Source: an uncultured Candidatus Saccharibacteria bacterium
Lineage (GTDB): Bacteria; Patescibacteriota; Minisyncoccia; Phycocordibacterales; UBA9973
Length of the DNA stretch: 43,054 nucleotides
Reading direction: 5' to 3'
NCBI GenBank assembly: GCA_964500195.1
Contig: CAZCND010000002.1
Coordinates: 1 to 43,054, forward strand
Shown here: one piece after another, positions 36,144-42,928 of the stretch
Layout of the letters: each line of letters starts with the position of its first letter
How positions within the stretch are numbered: position 1 is the stretch's first letter
Notes under the pieces: generated by a model
Databases searched by the model: none
Told to the model about the DNA's origin: nothing
Seen by the model: the letters and a program-made list of their open reading frames with translations, nothing else
Translations under genes and position numbers: made by a program

Positions 36144-36679
36144 TACTAACAGGTAAAAAAATAATTGAGGAGTTTAAAAAAGGAAAAATTGATATTTCTC
36201 CTTTTGATAAGAAGAGAATAACGACAAACTCTTATGACTTATCCCTAGGACATAATATTGTTCGATACAAAACTGGTGTAATTGACCCAAAATGTAAACC
36301 CCAGCACGAAGAGATAATTATACCTGAAGAAGGTTTGGTGCTTGAGGCTGGAGATTTTGTACTAGGTCATTCAAGCGAGCGTATCGGCAGTGATTTTTAT
36401 GTTCCTATTATACATGGAAAATCTGGTACAGCTAGAATGGGATTGTTCGTACATGTCACTGCTGATTTAATAGATATTGGTTCGCACGGCGTCACAACCT
36501 TTCAACTGTATGCTACTCTTCCAGTTCGATTGTATCCAGGAATGCTTATTGCTCAAGTTAGCTTCTGGCTTCCTTTAGGGGATATCGTTTTATACAAAGG
36601 AAAGTATCAGAATAGCACTGGACCGCTACCATCTTTAACATATAAAGATTTCAAATACGATCTTTTTAAGAAGAAATAA
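36140..36679 (+). CDS. dCTP deaminase family protein, paralog 2, catalytic Glu replaced by Gln; ATGA overlap with paralog 1
   Basis: GKSGTARMG, TTFQL aligned to WTLEI, YPGMLIAQVSF; same MILTG.KI N-terminus as paralog 1. Confidence 0.75.
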   Translation: MILTGKKIIEEFKKGKIDISPFDKKRITTNSYDLSLGHNIVRYKTGVIDPKCKPQHEEIIIPEEGLVLEAGDFVLGHSSERIGSDFYVPIIHGKSGTARMGLFVHVTADLIDIGSHGVTTFQLYATLPVRLYPGMLIAQVSFWLPLGDIVLYKGKYQNSTGPLPSLTYKDFKYDLFKKK

Positions 36680-36772
36680 GATTTTCGATTTCGGGTTGAC
36701 AAAGTAACTATTTTATATTAGTTTGTCGGTAGTACTGTTCGTTAACAATCAACCAAATTAAGGAGGTGTATC

Positions 36773-38221
36773 ATGGCAAGAAAAAGTGAAAAGAAGAGGA
36801 CGAAAGCCCTCGAAATTGATCCACTTGCGTATCGCCGTGAGGCACCAAGAGGATCAGTTGAAGTTTGTGACCTAGACAGAGTACTCCATGGAGAAAAGAT
36901 CACCGTTGTTGGGAGGCTTATGCTTTCTGACAATACAGGTGAAATTTCCAAACTTGGAGTATTTGGCACACTGGATGGAAAGGAAGTTCTTACTCTCGAG
37001 AGAATCGAGGGGAATGGGCTATCAATTCCTGCATTCCTCATGCGTACACCAGAAAACATCGAGATAATGAACTCCGTTATCCACTACGGAGACGTCGTGA
37101 TGTTGGAGGGTGTAAAGCTCTGCATTTCAGGGGAAGATGTAGTTCTTGGAAACGGTATCAAGTTGCTTTCCAAAGCAACGGGTGATGTTTATGACAGCAA
37201 CGTTGATTTTCGTAAGAGATCAAATTTGTATGATCACAGACATCTTCAGTTGATTCAAAACCAAGGAAAGATTCTGCACTTTCGGAGATGCTCGATAGTA
37301 TTCCGCGCAATAAGGCAATTCCTATACAAGGAGGGGTATGATGAACTAAGCATGACTTTGCTTCAGAAAAACTTTGAAGCGGGTCTGGCTGATCCATTCG
37401 TAACACACGTTGCCCAACATGACAGGGATATGTATCTGAGATTGACATCAGAGCTGTTTCTCCGAAAATTGATGGTTGCTGGATTCTCGAAGGTATTTGA
37501 GATCGGTAAATCATTCAGAAATCAAGGGGCCACAGCCGACATGCTTCCTCAGTTTACAATTCTTGAACTGTATCGTGCGTATGCCAGCAGAGAAGAGATA
37601 GAAAACCTAGCAAAGAACATGATCTGCGAAGTTCTTGTTCAATTGTACGGGAGTCCGTCAATTCCCACTGCCAAAGGAGAGATAGATTGCTCGGGAGACT
37701 GGCCATTGTATGATTTTAAGGAAGAAATCGAGAAGTGTACAGGCTTAAGATATGACGAATCACGTCCTGTCGAAGAGTTGGTACACATTTTGGACAAGGC
37801 GGAAATTGCTCATCCTGCAAAGGTGAACAAATATACTGTGGCTACTGCCCTGTACTGCCACGTGATGTCCCACATCACGGGCCCCGCTTTCCTGAGGAAT
37901 CTGCCAGCCGCTCAATCTCCGCTTTTCAAGGTAAACGATGATGGGTCGACCGTTGATGAAACTCTTCTTGTTATTAACGGGATGCTTGTCGCTGACCTTG
38001 TTAATCCAGAGCGTGATCCTCGCCTTATCAGACAGCACATGGAGGAACAATTGACTTACCGCAAGGAAAGTCAAAACGATGGTGTTAACGAAGACATCAT
38101 CAGTGCAATGAAGTTCGGTCTACCTCCATGTAGAGGTATTGGAATGGGATTGGAGCGTCTTCTTATGCTTCTGCTAAACACGGAGGACATAAGAGATGTG
38201 GAACTCTTCCCTGTATTTTGA
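36773..38221 (+). CDS. Divergent class IIb aminoacyl-tRNA synthetase paralog, LysRS-like, with an N-terminal OB-fold region
   Basis: Motif 2 FRNQGATADMLPQFTILELYRAY (LysRS consensus fRNEG...HNPEFT..E.Y.AY); motif 3 GIGMGLERLLMLLL..IRDVELFP; AAGGAGGTG SD. Confidence 0.8.
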   Translation: MARKSEKKRTKALEIDPLAYRREAPRGSVEVCDLDRVLHGEKITVVGRLMLSDNTGEISKLGVFGTLDGKEVLTLERIEGNGLSIPAFLMRTPENIEIMNSVIHYGDVVMLEGVKLCISGEDVVLGNGIKLLSKATGDVYDSNVDFRKRSNLYDHRHLQLIQNQGKILHFRRCSIVFRAIRQFLYKEGYDELSMTLLQKNFEAGLADPFVTHVAQHDRDMYLRLTSELFLRKLMVAGFSKVFEIGKSFRNQGATADMLPQFTILELYRAYASREEIENLAKNMICEVLVQLYGSPSIPTAKGEIDCSGDWPLYDFKEEIEKCTGLRYDESRPVEELVHILDKAEIAHPAKVNKYTVATALYCHVMSHITGPAFLRNLPAAQSPLFKVNDDGSTVDETLLVINGMLVADLVNPERDPRLIRQHMEEQLTYRKESQNDGVNEDIISAMKFGLPPCRGIGMGLERLLMLLLNTEDIRDVELFPVF

Positions 38222-38241
38222 GATGAGGTTTATAACCACGC

Positions 38242-38273
38242 ACCCCGTGTCAGTTTCTGACACGGGGTTTTTG
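38242..38273 (+). terminator. Terminator of the LysRS-like gene
   Basis: ACCCCGTGTCAG-TTT-CTGACACGGGGT plus TTTTT. Confidence 0.8.
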
Positions 38274-38278
38274 TTTAT

Positions 38279-38850
38279 CAGGAAACCCCGCCCGCTTTTC
38301 TGCCTGAGCGTGCGGGGATGAATGGAACCATATACGTATCGCATTCTGATGTGATACGCTTGGTTGCATGAGAATCCGAAGCTTGAATCACTCTGTCTAC
38401 CAAACTCAATATCACCTCGTTTGGGGAACGTTGTATCGTAGAAAATATCTGAAAGAATATGTAAAGAATGAATTTGTCACTCACATCTACACTGTCATCA
38501 AAAAATATCCCACACTCCATATACATAGTATTAATGCAAACGATGACCATGTGCACCTTCAGATTGAAATACCACCAAGCGTCGCTATTGCTGCCGTCGT
38601 GAGGCGTTTGAAAGTGGAGACAAGTATTTACCTTAAGAAACGATTTAAATTTATACGTGAAATGTATATCGACGGCAGCATATGGAGTGTTGGGTATTTT
38701 GTCTCGACAATCGGACTGAATGAGGCGGTAATCGAAAAATATATTGCAAACCAAAATCGAAAAGACAAGGGTGTAACCACTAGCTTCGGGTTCTCATGAG
38801 ATCCAAGGAAACCCCGTCCATCTCTCGTCTGCGAGAGTGTACGGGGAGGA
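38279..38850 (+). mobile_element. IS200/IS605-family insertion sequence (tnpA only) with subterminal hairpins
   Basis: LE hairpin CCCCGCCCGC...GCGTGCGGGG (38286-38317) and RE hairpin CCCCGTCCATCTCTCG-TCTG-CGAGAGTGTACGGGG (38812-38846). Both are preceded by the identical GGAAACCCCG. Confidence 0.8.
38368..38799 (+). CDS. tnpA: IS200/IS605 Y1 (HUH) transposase TnpA
   Basis: YHLVWGTLYRRKYL, HUH motif DDHVHLQI, catalytic Tyr context WSVGYFVSTIG, EKYIANQ. Confidence 0.92.
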   Translation: MRIRSLNHSVYQTQYHLVWGTLYRRKYLKEYVKNEFVTHIYTVIKKYPTLHIHSINANDDHVHLQIEIPPSVAIAAVVRRLKVETSIYLKKRFKFIREMYIDGSIWSVGYFVSTIGLNEAVIEKYIANQNRKDKGVTTSFGFS

Positions 38851-38864
38851 CGTCCATTATATAT

Positions 38865-38900
38865 AAAAAAGGGGCTACAGACAGTGTCCATAGCCCCTTG
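38865..38900 (-). terminator. Terminator of the PheRS-like gene
   Basis: Minus strand AAGGGGCTA...TAGCCCCTT plus TTTTT. Confidence 0.75.
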
Positions 38901-38924
38901 GAACGATTCACCACAGATAGGACA

Positions 38925-40040
38925 TTACATGTACCCTCGATCTCCTTGATTTAGCTTAGGGTAGAGGCGCTGCATCCACCCATTGACCATCGCCTTCGGC
39001 AAAGAACTTTCCAGTGAACGGAATGTCAGTGTTACCACAACATTCTTTTGGTCTGGTCTGATACCGAGGTTTAGTCTCGCCTTTTCTGGAAGTTTATCAT
39101 AGGAAATTTCGGAGTACTCGATCTTCTCTATGAAAACGGCGTCTTGTCCCAGCTCATCGCGAATTTCTTCGCAGATGTCTTCTTCTGTTTTCTCAACAGA
39201 AGTAGAATACGACAGCACCCTTTTCGTTGCAGGCTGATCAGAGACGGTGACGAATTTTTCAAGATTCGCCATCTGACGCTTTATTCGAGGATCATCCGAT
39301 CTCAGAACACGAATGTCATCGATGCCTTTGATGATCATGACGAGTCGATCAAGACCCATACCCAGAGCGAGCCCTGAATACTCTTCAGGATCGAGACCAG
39401 CGTTTTTGAGAACAGTCGGATGGGCTTCGCCACATTCGAGAACTTCGAGCCACGAACCGTTAACAAAAACTTCCACCTCGAGACCCCGCATCGTGTAAGG
39501 ATGTTCAACTTCATTCGCTCGATATTTACATCCTGGAACAACACATTCCAGAATAGTTTCAACCAAGTGAATCAGGTCTGATCGGACGAAACGAGGTGAC
39601 CCCTGTTTTATTCGCCAGACATCCATTTGATGAGGCTCACCGCAATGAGTTTTATCGACAACGTCGCGTCGATAACACATTCCAGGCAAGACAACGACAG
39701 TATCGCCGATACCATTTTGAGAGGCTTTTTTGAGCCAACTCGGAATAGCTGACGAAGTGTGGGTACGCAAGACAGTATCTTCCGTAACATACCTCGTATA
39801 GCGAGAAGACCGCCCTGCATTATCTAACGGGAAGAGAAGGTCGTCGAAGTTTTCTTTTGATGAGACTTCCGGGTTCGAACGAACTTCCTCGACAACTGCT
39901 CCAGCATAGGATTTCTCCAGTGCTCGTCTTACGTTACCAACGACAATGTTGATGGCATGGATCCCATTCTTGGGATCAGTGAGGTCTGGGAGGGCTATAG
40001 AGGCCATCAGACGCTCTGGTGACATAACTTCTTTTTTCAT
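38925..40040 (-). CDS. Divergent class IIc aaRS paralog: PheRS-alpha-like catalytic core fused to a C-terminal FDX-ACB-like domain, with no N-terminal coiled coil
   Basis: NFDDLLFPLDNAGR, VLRTHTSS, motif 2 PGMCYRRDVVDKTHCGEPHQMDVW, motif 3 GLALGMGLDRLVMI. The C-terminal ~95 aa ends VVVTLTFRSLESSLPKAMVNGWMQRLYPKL, which resembles ferredoxin-fold anticodon-binding domains. Confidence 0.75.
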   Translation of the reverse strand: MKKEVMSPERLMASIALPDLTDPKNGIHAINIVVGNVRRALEKSYAGAVVEEVRSNPEVSSKENFDDLLFPLDNAGRSSRYTRYVTEDTVLRTHTSSAIPSWLKKASQNGIGDTVVVLPGMCYRRDVVDKTHCGEPHQMDVWRIKQGSPRFVRSDLIHLVETILECVVPGCKYRANEVEHPYTMRGLEVEVFVNGSWLEVLECGEAHPTVLKNAGLDPEEYSGLALGMGLDRLVMIIKGIDDIRVLRSDDPRIKRQMANLEKFVTVSDQPATKRVLSYSTSVEKTEEDICEEIRDELGQDAVFIEKIEYSEISYDKLPEKARLNLGIRPDQKNVVVTLTFRSLESSLPKAMVNGWMQRLYPKLNQGDRGYM

Positions 40041-40306
40041 GACCGTGTCTCCTTTTCTGTCTGTGCCGTGTCATTACTGACGTGGCTAGGTTTGAGTGAT
40101 ACTAACTTCCGATACTCCTCTAAGTGATCCCTACGCAGGACCGCTAGCCATCGGCCAGCTTTTGACTTATCAGAGTTGTTTGTAACCGCAAAAATCATCT
40201 CAAATGCGGCCGATGGGCTACTACTCTCATCCACTAAAGAGACGATTTTTTCGTCACTTAGTATGGAGGAGCATCGTGCCCTGATTTCTTGAGCTGATCT
40301 GATCAT
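40037..40306 (-). CDS. Hypothetical 89-aa protein, translationally coupled (ATGA overlap) to the PheRS-like gene; ATG at 40306 preferred over the track start 40360
   Basis: AGGAGG 9 nt upstream of the ATG at 40306; its stop overlaps the downstream start; no family recognised. Confidence 0.6.
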   Translation of the reverse strand: MIRSAQEIRARCSSILSDEKIVSLVDESSSPSAAFEMIFAVTNNSDKSKAGRWLAVLRRDHLEEYRKLVSLKPSHVSNDTAQTEKETRS

Positions 40307-40563
40307 AGCTTGATACCTCCTATCTTTAGTATTGTTAAAGAACAACACCCACAGGAACATCCTATAGGTACCCCATCATACATATTATTAATACAAATGT
40401 CAATCTTTTTTGGGGCACATTAGCCAATCAGAGGTTACCAACACCTACCACTAAGGGCGCTCTGGACTCCTGAGAGGTGTTGCGTCATTCCTTGTGTTGT
40501 ATGACAAACGCAACAACACAAGCGCCATTAGGGACTACGGCCAAAGTAGTAGTCCCCGTAAAG

Positions 40564-41829
40564 ATGAAATACTGCCTCTATGCGAGAAAGTCGACAGAGT
40601 CAGAAGAAAGACAAGTCCTTTCAATAGATAGCCAAATCAGCGAGATGCTCCAATTAGCCGATCGTGAGGGGCTTGAGGTGGTCACCATGAAGCGTGAAAG
40701 CCATAGTGCTAAAGAGACTGGTCAGAGACCAGTATTTAACGAAATGGTTGAAGAACTCAAACAAGAGAAGTTCAATGCAATCCTCACTTGGGCACCTGAT
40801 CGTATTTCAAGAAATGCAGGCGACCTTGGAAAAATAGTAGATCTAATGGATTCAGGTAAACTACATATAATAAGAACCTTCGGACAAACTTTTGGAAATA
40901 ATCCAAATGAGAAATTCCTTCTCATGATTCTAGGCTCACAAGCAAAACTAGAAAATGATAATCGAGGTATCAACGTGAAGCGAGGATTACGAACAAGAGT
41001 AGAGATGGGATTATGGCCTGGCATGGCACCACTTGGATATTTAAACCAAAAATTAATGGACAGGAAGTGTCAAATAGTAATTGATCCAGATAGAGCACCA
41101 ATCATTAAGAAAATGTTTGAGAAAGTAGTGTATGAACATTGGAGTGGTAGAAAGGTATATAACTGGTTACGATTTGATTTAAATTTCTATACTCGAGGAA
41201 ATAAACCCCTGACACTCTCAGGGGTTTATCGTATTTTTAATATGCCAATCTATTATGGACCATTTGAATATCCTAGAAATTCTGATAACTGGTATCAAGG
41301 AAGTCATACACCAATAATTACTCAAGAGTTATTTGAAAAAGCTCAAGCACAATTAAAGAGAGATAGGATTGTAAGAGAAAATAGAGAGTTCGCATTCACT
41401 AAACTGTTCACCTGCGGCATGTGCGGGTCAGGCATCACCGCCCAAGAAAAGTACAAAATACTCAAGGACGGTACGAACGCCAAGTACATCTACTATTCAT
41501 GCTCCAAGGCAAAGGACCGTGATTGCAAGAACAAATACATCCGAGAAGAGGAATTGATCGACGAACTCTTCAAGATTATCGACCAGGTGAATATCAACGA
41601 ACTTGGGATGCGCATGAAACTTGAGGAAGAGATTAAACGATTCAACCGACTACAGCGATTGGCAACCAAGGGTACACCAAAATACAATATCAACGAGGAT
41701 GAAATTAATACCCGGGAATACGCCAAGTATGTACTCAAGGAAGGCACTGCGCTCGAAAAACGAGAGCTTCTAGGACATCTAAGATCACGATTACTACTGG
41801 AAGACAAGAAGATTAGCCTGGTTCAGTAA
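40564..41829 (+). CDS. Large serine recombinase (resolvase domain, recombinase domain, zinc ribbon, coiled coil); ATG at 40564 preferred over 40477
   Basis: N-terminus MKYCLYARKSTESEERQ (catalytic Ser context), AILTWAPDRISRN, CGMCGS...YYSCSKAKDRDCKNKY zinc ribbon. Confidence 0.88.
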   Translation: MKYCLYARKSTESEERQVLSIDSQISEMLQLADREGLEVVTMKRESHSAKETGQRPVFNEMVEELKQEKFNAILTWAPDRISRNAGDLGKIVDLMDSGKLHIIRTFGQTFGNNPNEKFLLMILGSQAKLENDNRGINVKRGLRTRVEMGLWPGMAPLGYLNQKLMDRKCQIVIDPDRAPIIKKMFEKVVYEHWSGRKVYNWLRFDLNFYTRGNKPLTLSGVYRIFNMPIYYGPFEYPRNSDNWYQGSHTPIITQELFEKAQAQLKRDRIVRENREFAFTKLFTCGMCGSGITAQEKYKILKDGTNAKYIYYSCSKAKDRDCKNKYIREEELIDELFKIIDQVNINELGMRMKLEEEIKRFNRLQRLATKGTPKYNINEDEINTREYAKYVLKEGTALEKRELLGHLRSRLLLEDKKISLVQ

Positions 41830-41859
41830 ATTGGTGAAAAATGGTAGAATGGGTTTACT

Positions 41860-42429
41860 ATGGAACAAAACTCTACTAAAAAAGTATTCCTTATCCACGG
41901 GTTTCAAGGTACGCCAAATGGTGGATGGCGTTCTTATCTTATGAGCGAACTGGAGAAGCAGGATATCTACGCCTGTTCTCTTTCAATGCCTAAACCAGAC
42001 GAGCCAATTCTTTCTGAATGGTTAGAAGAAAACAAAAGACATATCGACAGAAATCCAAACGATGATATTTATCTAGTTGGTCACAGTCTAGGAGGAACTG
42101 CCATTCTTAGATATCTAGAGCAATTTAATTCTTCAAATCTTAAGGGGGTGGTTATTGCATCTGCTCCATGCCATCAAAATATCAATAGCAAGATTGTTGA
42201 TTTTCTTCGCACAGATTTTAACTGGGAGGTAATGAAGAATAAGGTTGAGCATGTGGTCGTTATTCATGGTGACAATGACCCGAATGTTCCAGTCTCAGAT
42301 GCAGAAGAGACAAGTAATCAATTAAATGGAAAACTTGTCCTTATTCCAGACGGAAAACATTTGAACGGTTCAGCAGGATTTACTGAGTTACCTGAAGCAT
42401 TATCAGCACTAACTGAAATGATGAAATAA
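41860..42429 (+). CDS. Alpha/beta serine hydrolase, YdeN/RBBP9-like
   Basis: VFLIHGFQG, nucleophile elbow GHSLGG, VVVIHGDNDPNVP. Confidence 0.75.
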   Translation: MEQNSTKKVFLIHGFQGTPNGGWRSYLMSELEKQDIYACSLSMPKPDEPILSEWLEENKRHIDRNPNDDIYLVGHSLGGTAILRYLEQFNSSNLKGVVIASAPCHQNINSKIVDFLRTDFNWEVMKNKVEHVVVIHGDNDPNVPVSDAEETSNQLNGKLVLIPDGKHLNGSAGFTELPEALSALTEMMK

Positions 42430-42430
42430 T

Positions 42431-42826
42431 ATGAAAACAATACTTGTAGATGCAGTAAATACAACAATCATCAAAGATGAGTCCGGATCATTCGTGCAAT
42501 TCAAAGAACTTTTTGATTTACTTGAAACCTATTCAAACCCAAAACTTATTGTTACCAATGCTAACGACAATCAACTAATTGAATTTGGACTCAATGATGT
42601 TCCTTATCAAGTATTCACTATGAAGCATAGTCCTGATAAACCAGATCCTGTTTACTTCAAGACACTTCTTGAACAACACAGCTGGCAACCGACTGATGTC
42701 ATTTATTTTGAACACAATCCTGATGCAGTGAAATCAGCTGAGTTAGTTGGCATTACTTCCTATCATTACGATAAGGATAAGAAAGATCTAACAGGATTGA
42801 AACAGTTTCTTGATCAGAATAGTTAA
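42431..42826 (+). CDS. Small HAD-like hydrolase-fold protein with a degenerate motif I
   Basis: N-terminal ILVDAVNT in place of DxDxT; VTNAND; short 131-aa length. Confidence 0.4.
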   Translation: MKTILVDAVNTTIIKDESGSFVQFKELFDLLETYSNPKLIVTNANDNQLIEFGLNDVPYQVFTMKHSPDKPDPVYFKTLLEQHSWQPTDVIYFEHNPDAVKSAELVGITSYHYDKDKKDLTGLKQFLDQNS

Positions 42827-42828
42827 AA

Positions 42829-42868
42829 ACAAAAAGAGCGACATTGTCGCTCTTTTTGTTTTATATCA
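42829..42868 (+). terminator. Intrinsic terminator after the HAD-like gene
   Basis: AAAAAGAGCGAC-ATT-GTCGCTCTTTTT. Confidence 0.8.
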
Positions 42869-42928
42869 ACCTTTGTGGGTCGCACGACATCCATAGGGAT
42901 ATAGGTCGCGAAACTACCAGGTTGTCAA

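Larger units (their letters stand above)
36700..41829. mobile_element. Putative integrated element: G+C-richer block carrying two aaRS paralogs, an IS200/IS605 copy and a large serine recombinase (boundaries approximate)
   Basis: Hand counts on single 60-nt lines gave about 45-53% G+C inside versus about 30-35% in flanking genes. Genes here use strong AGGAGG SD sites. A recombinase gene sits at one edge. Confidence 0.5.

Noticed and set aside
32453-36679. The operon considered as a complete microcin C-type biosynthetic cluster
   Set aside because: - No ThiF/E1-like MccB, no MFS/ABC exporter, no GNAT domain and no convincing short Asn-terminated precursor ORF were found in the window.
- Only the MccD/E-NTD/F-like fold combination is present.
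36742-38074. Minus-strand ORFs 36742-37059, 37158-37514 and 37760-38074
   Set aside because: They are antisense to the LysRS-like gene. Long spurious ORFs are expected in the G+C-richer island, and none has a motif or an SD site.
38278-38891. Minus-strand ORFs 38278-38754 and 38628-38891
   Set aside because: They are antisense to IS200 tnpA and its hairpin ends. The plus-strand frame carries the HUH and Tyr motifs.
39144-39820. ORFs 39144-39377, 39313-39498, 39335-39562 and 39608-39820
   Set aside because: They are alternative-frame or antisense ORFs inside the PheRS-like gene, which carries the recognisable class II motifs.
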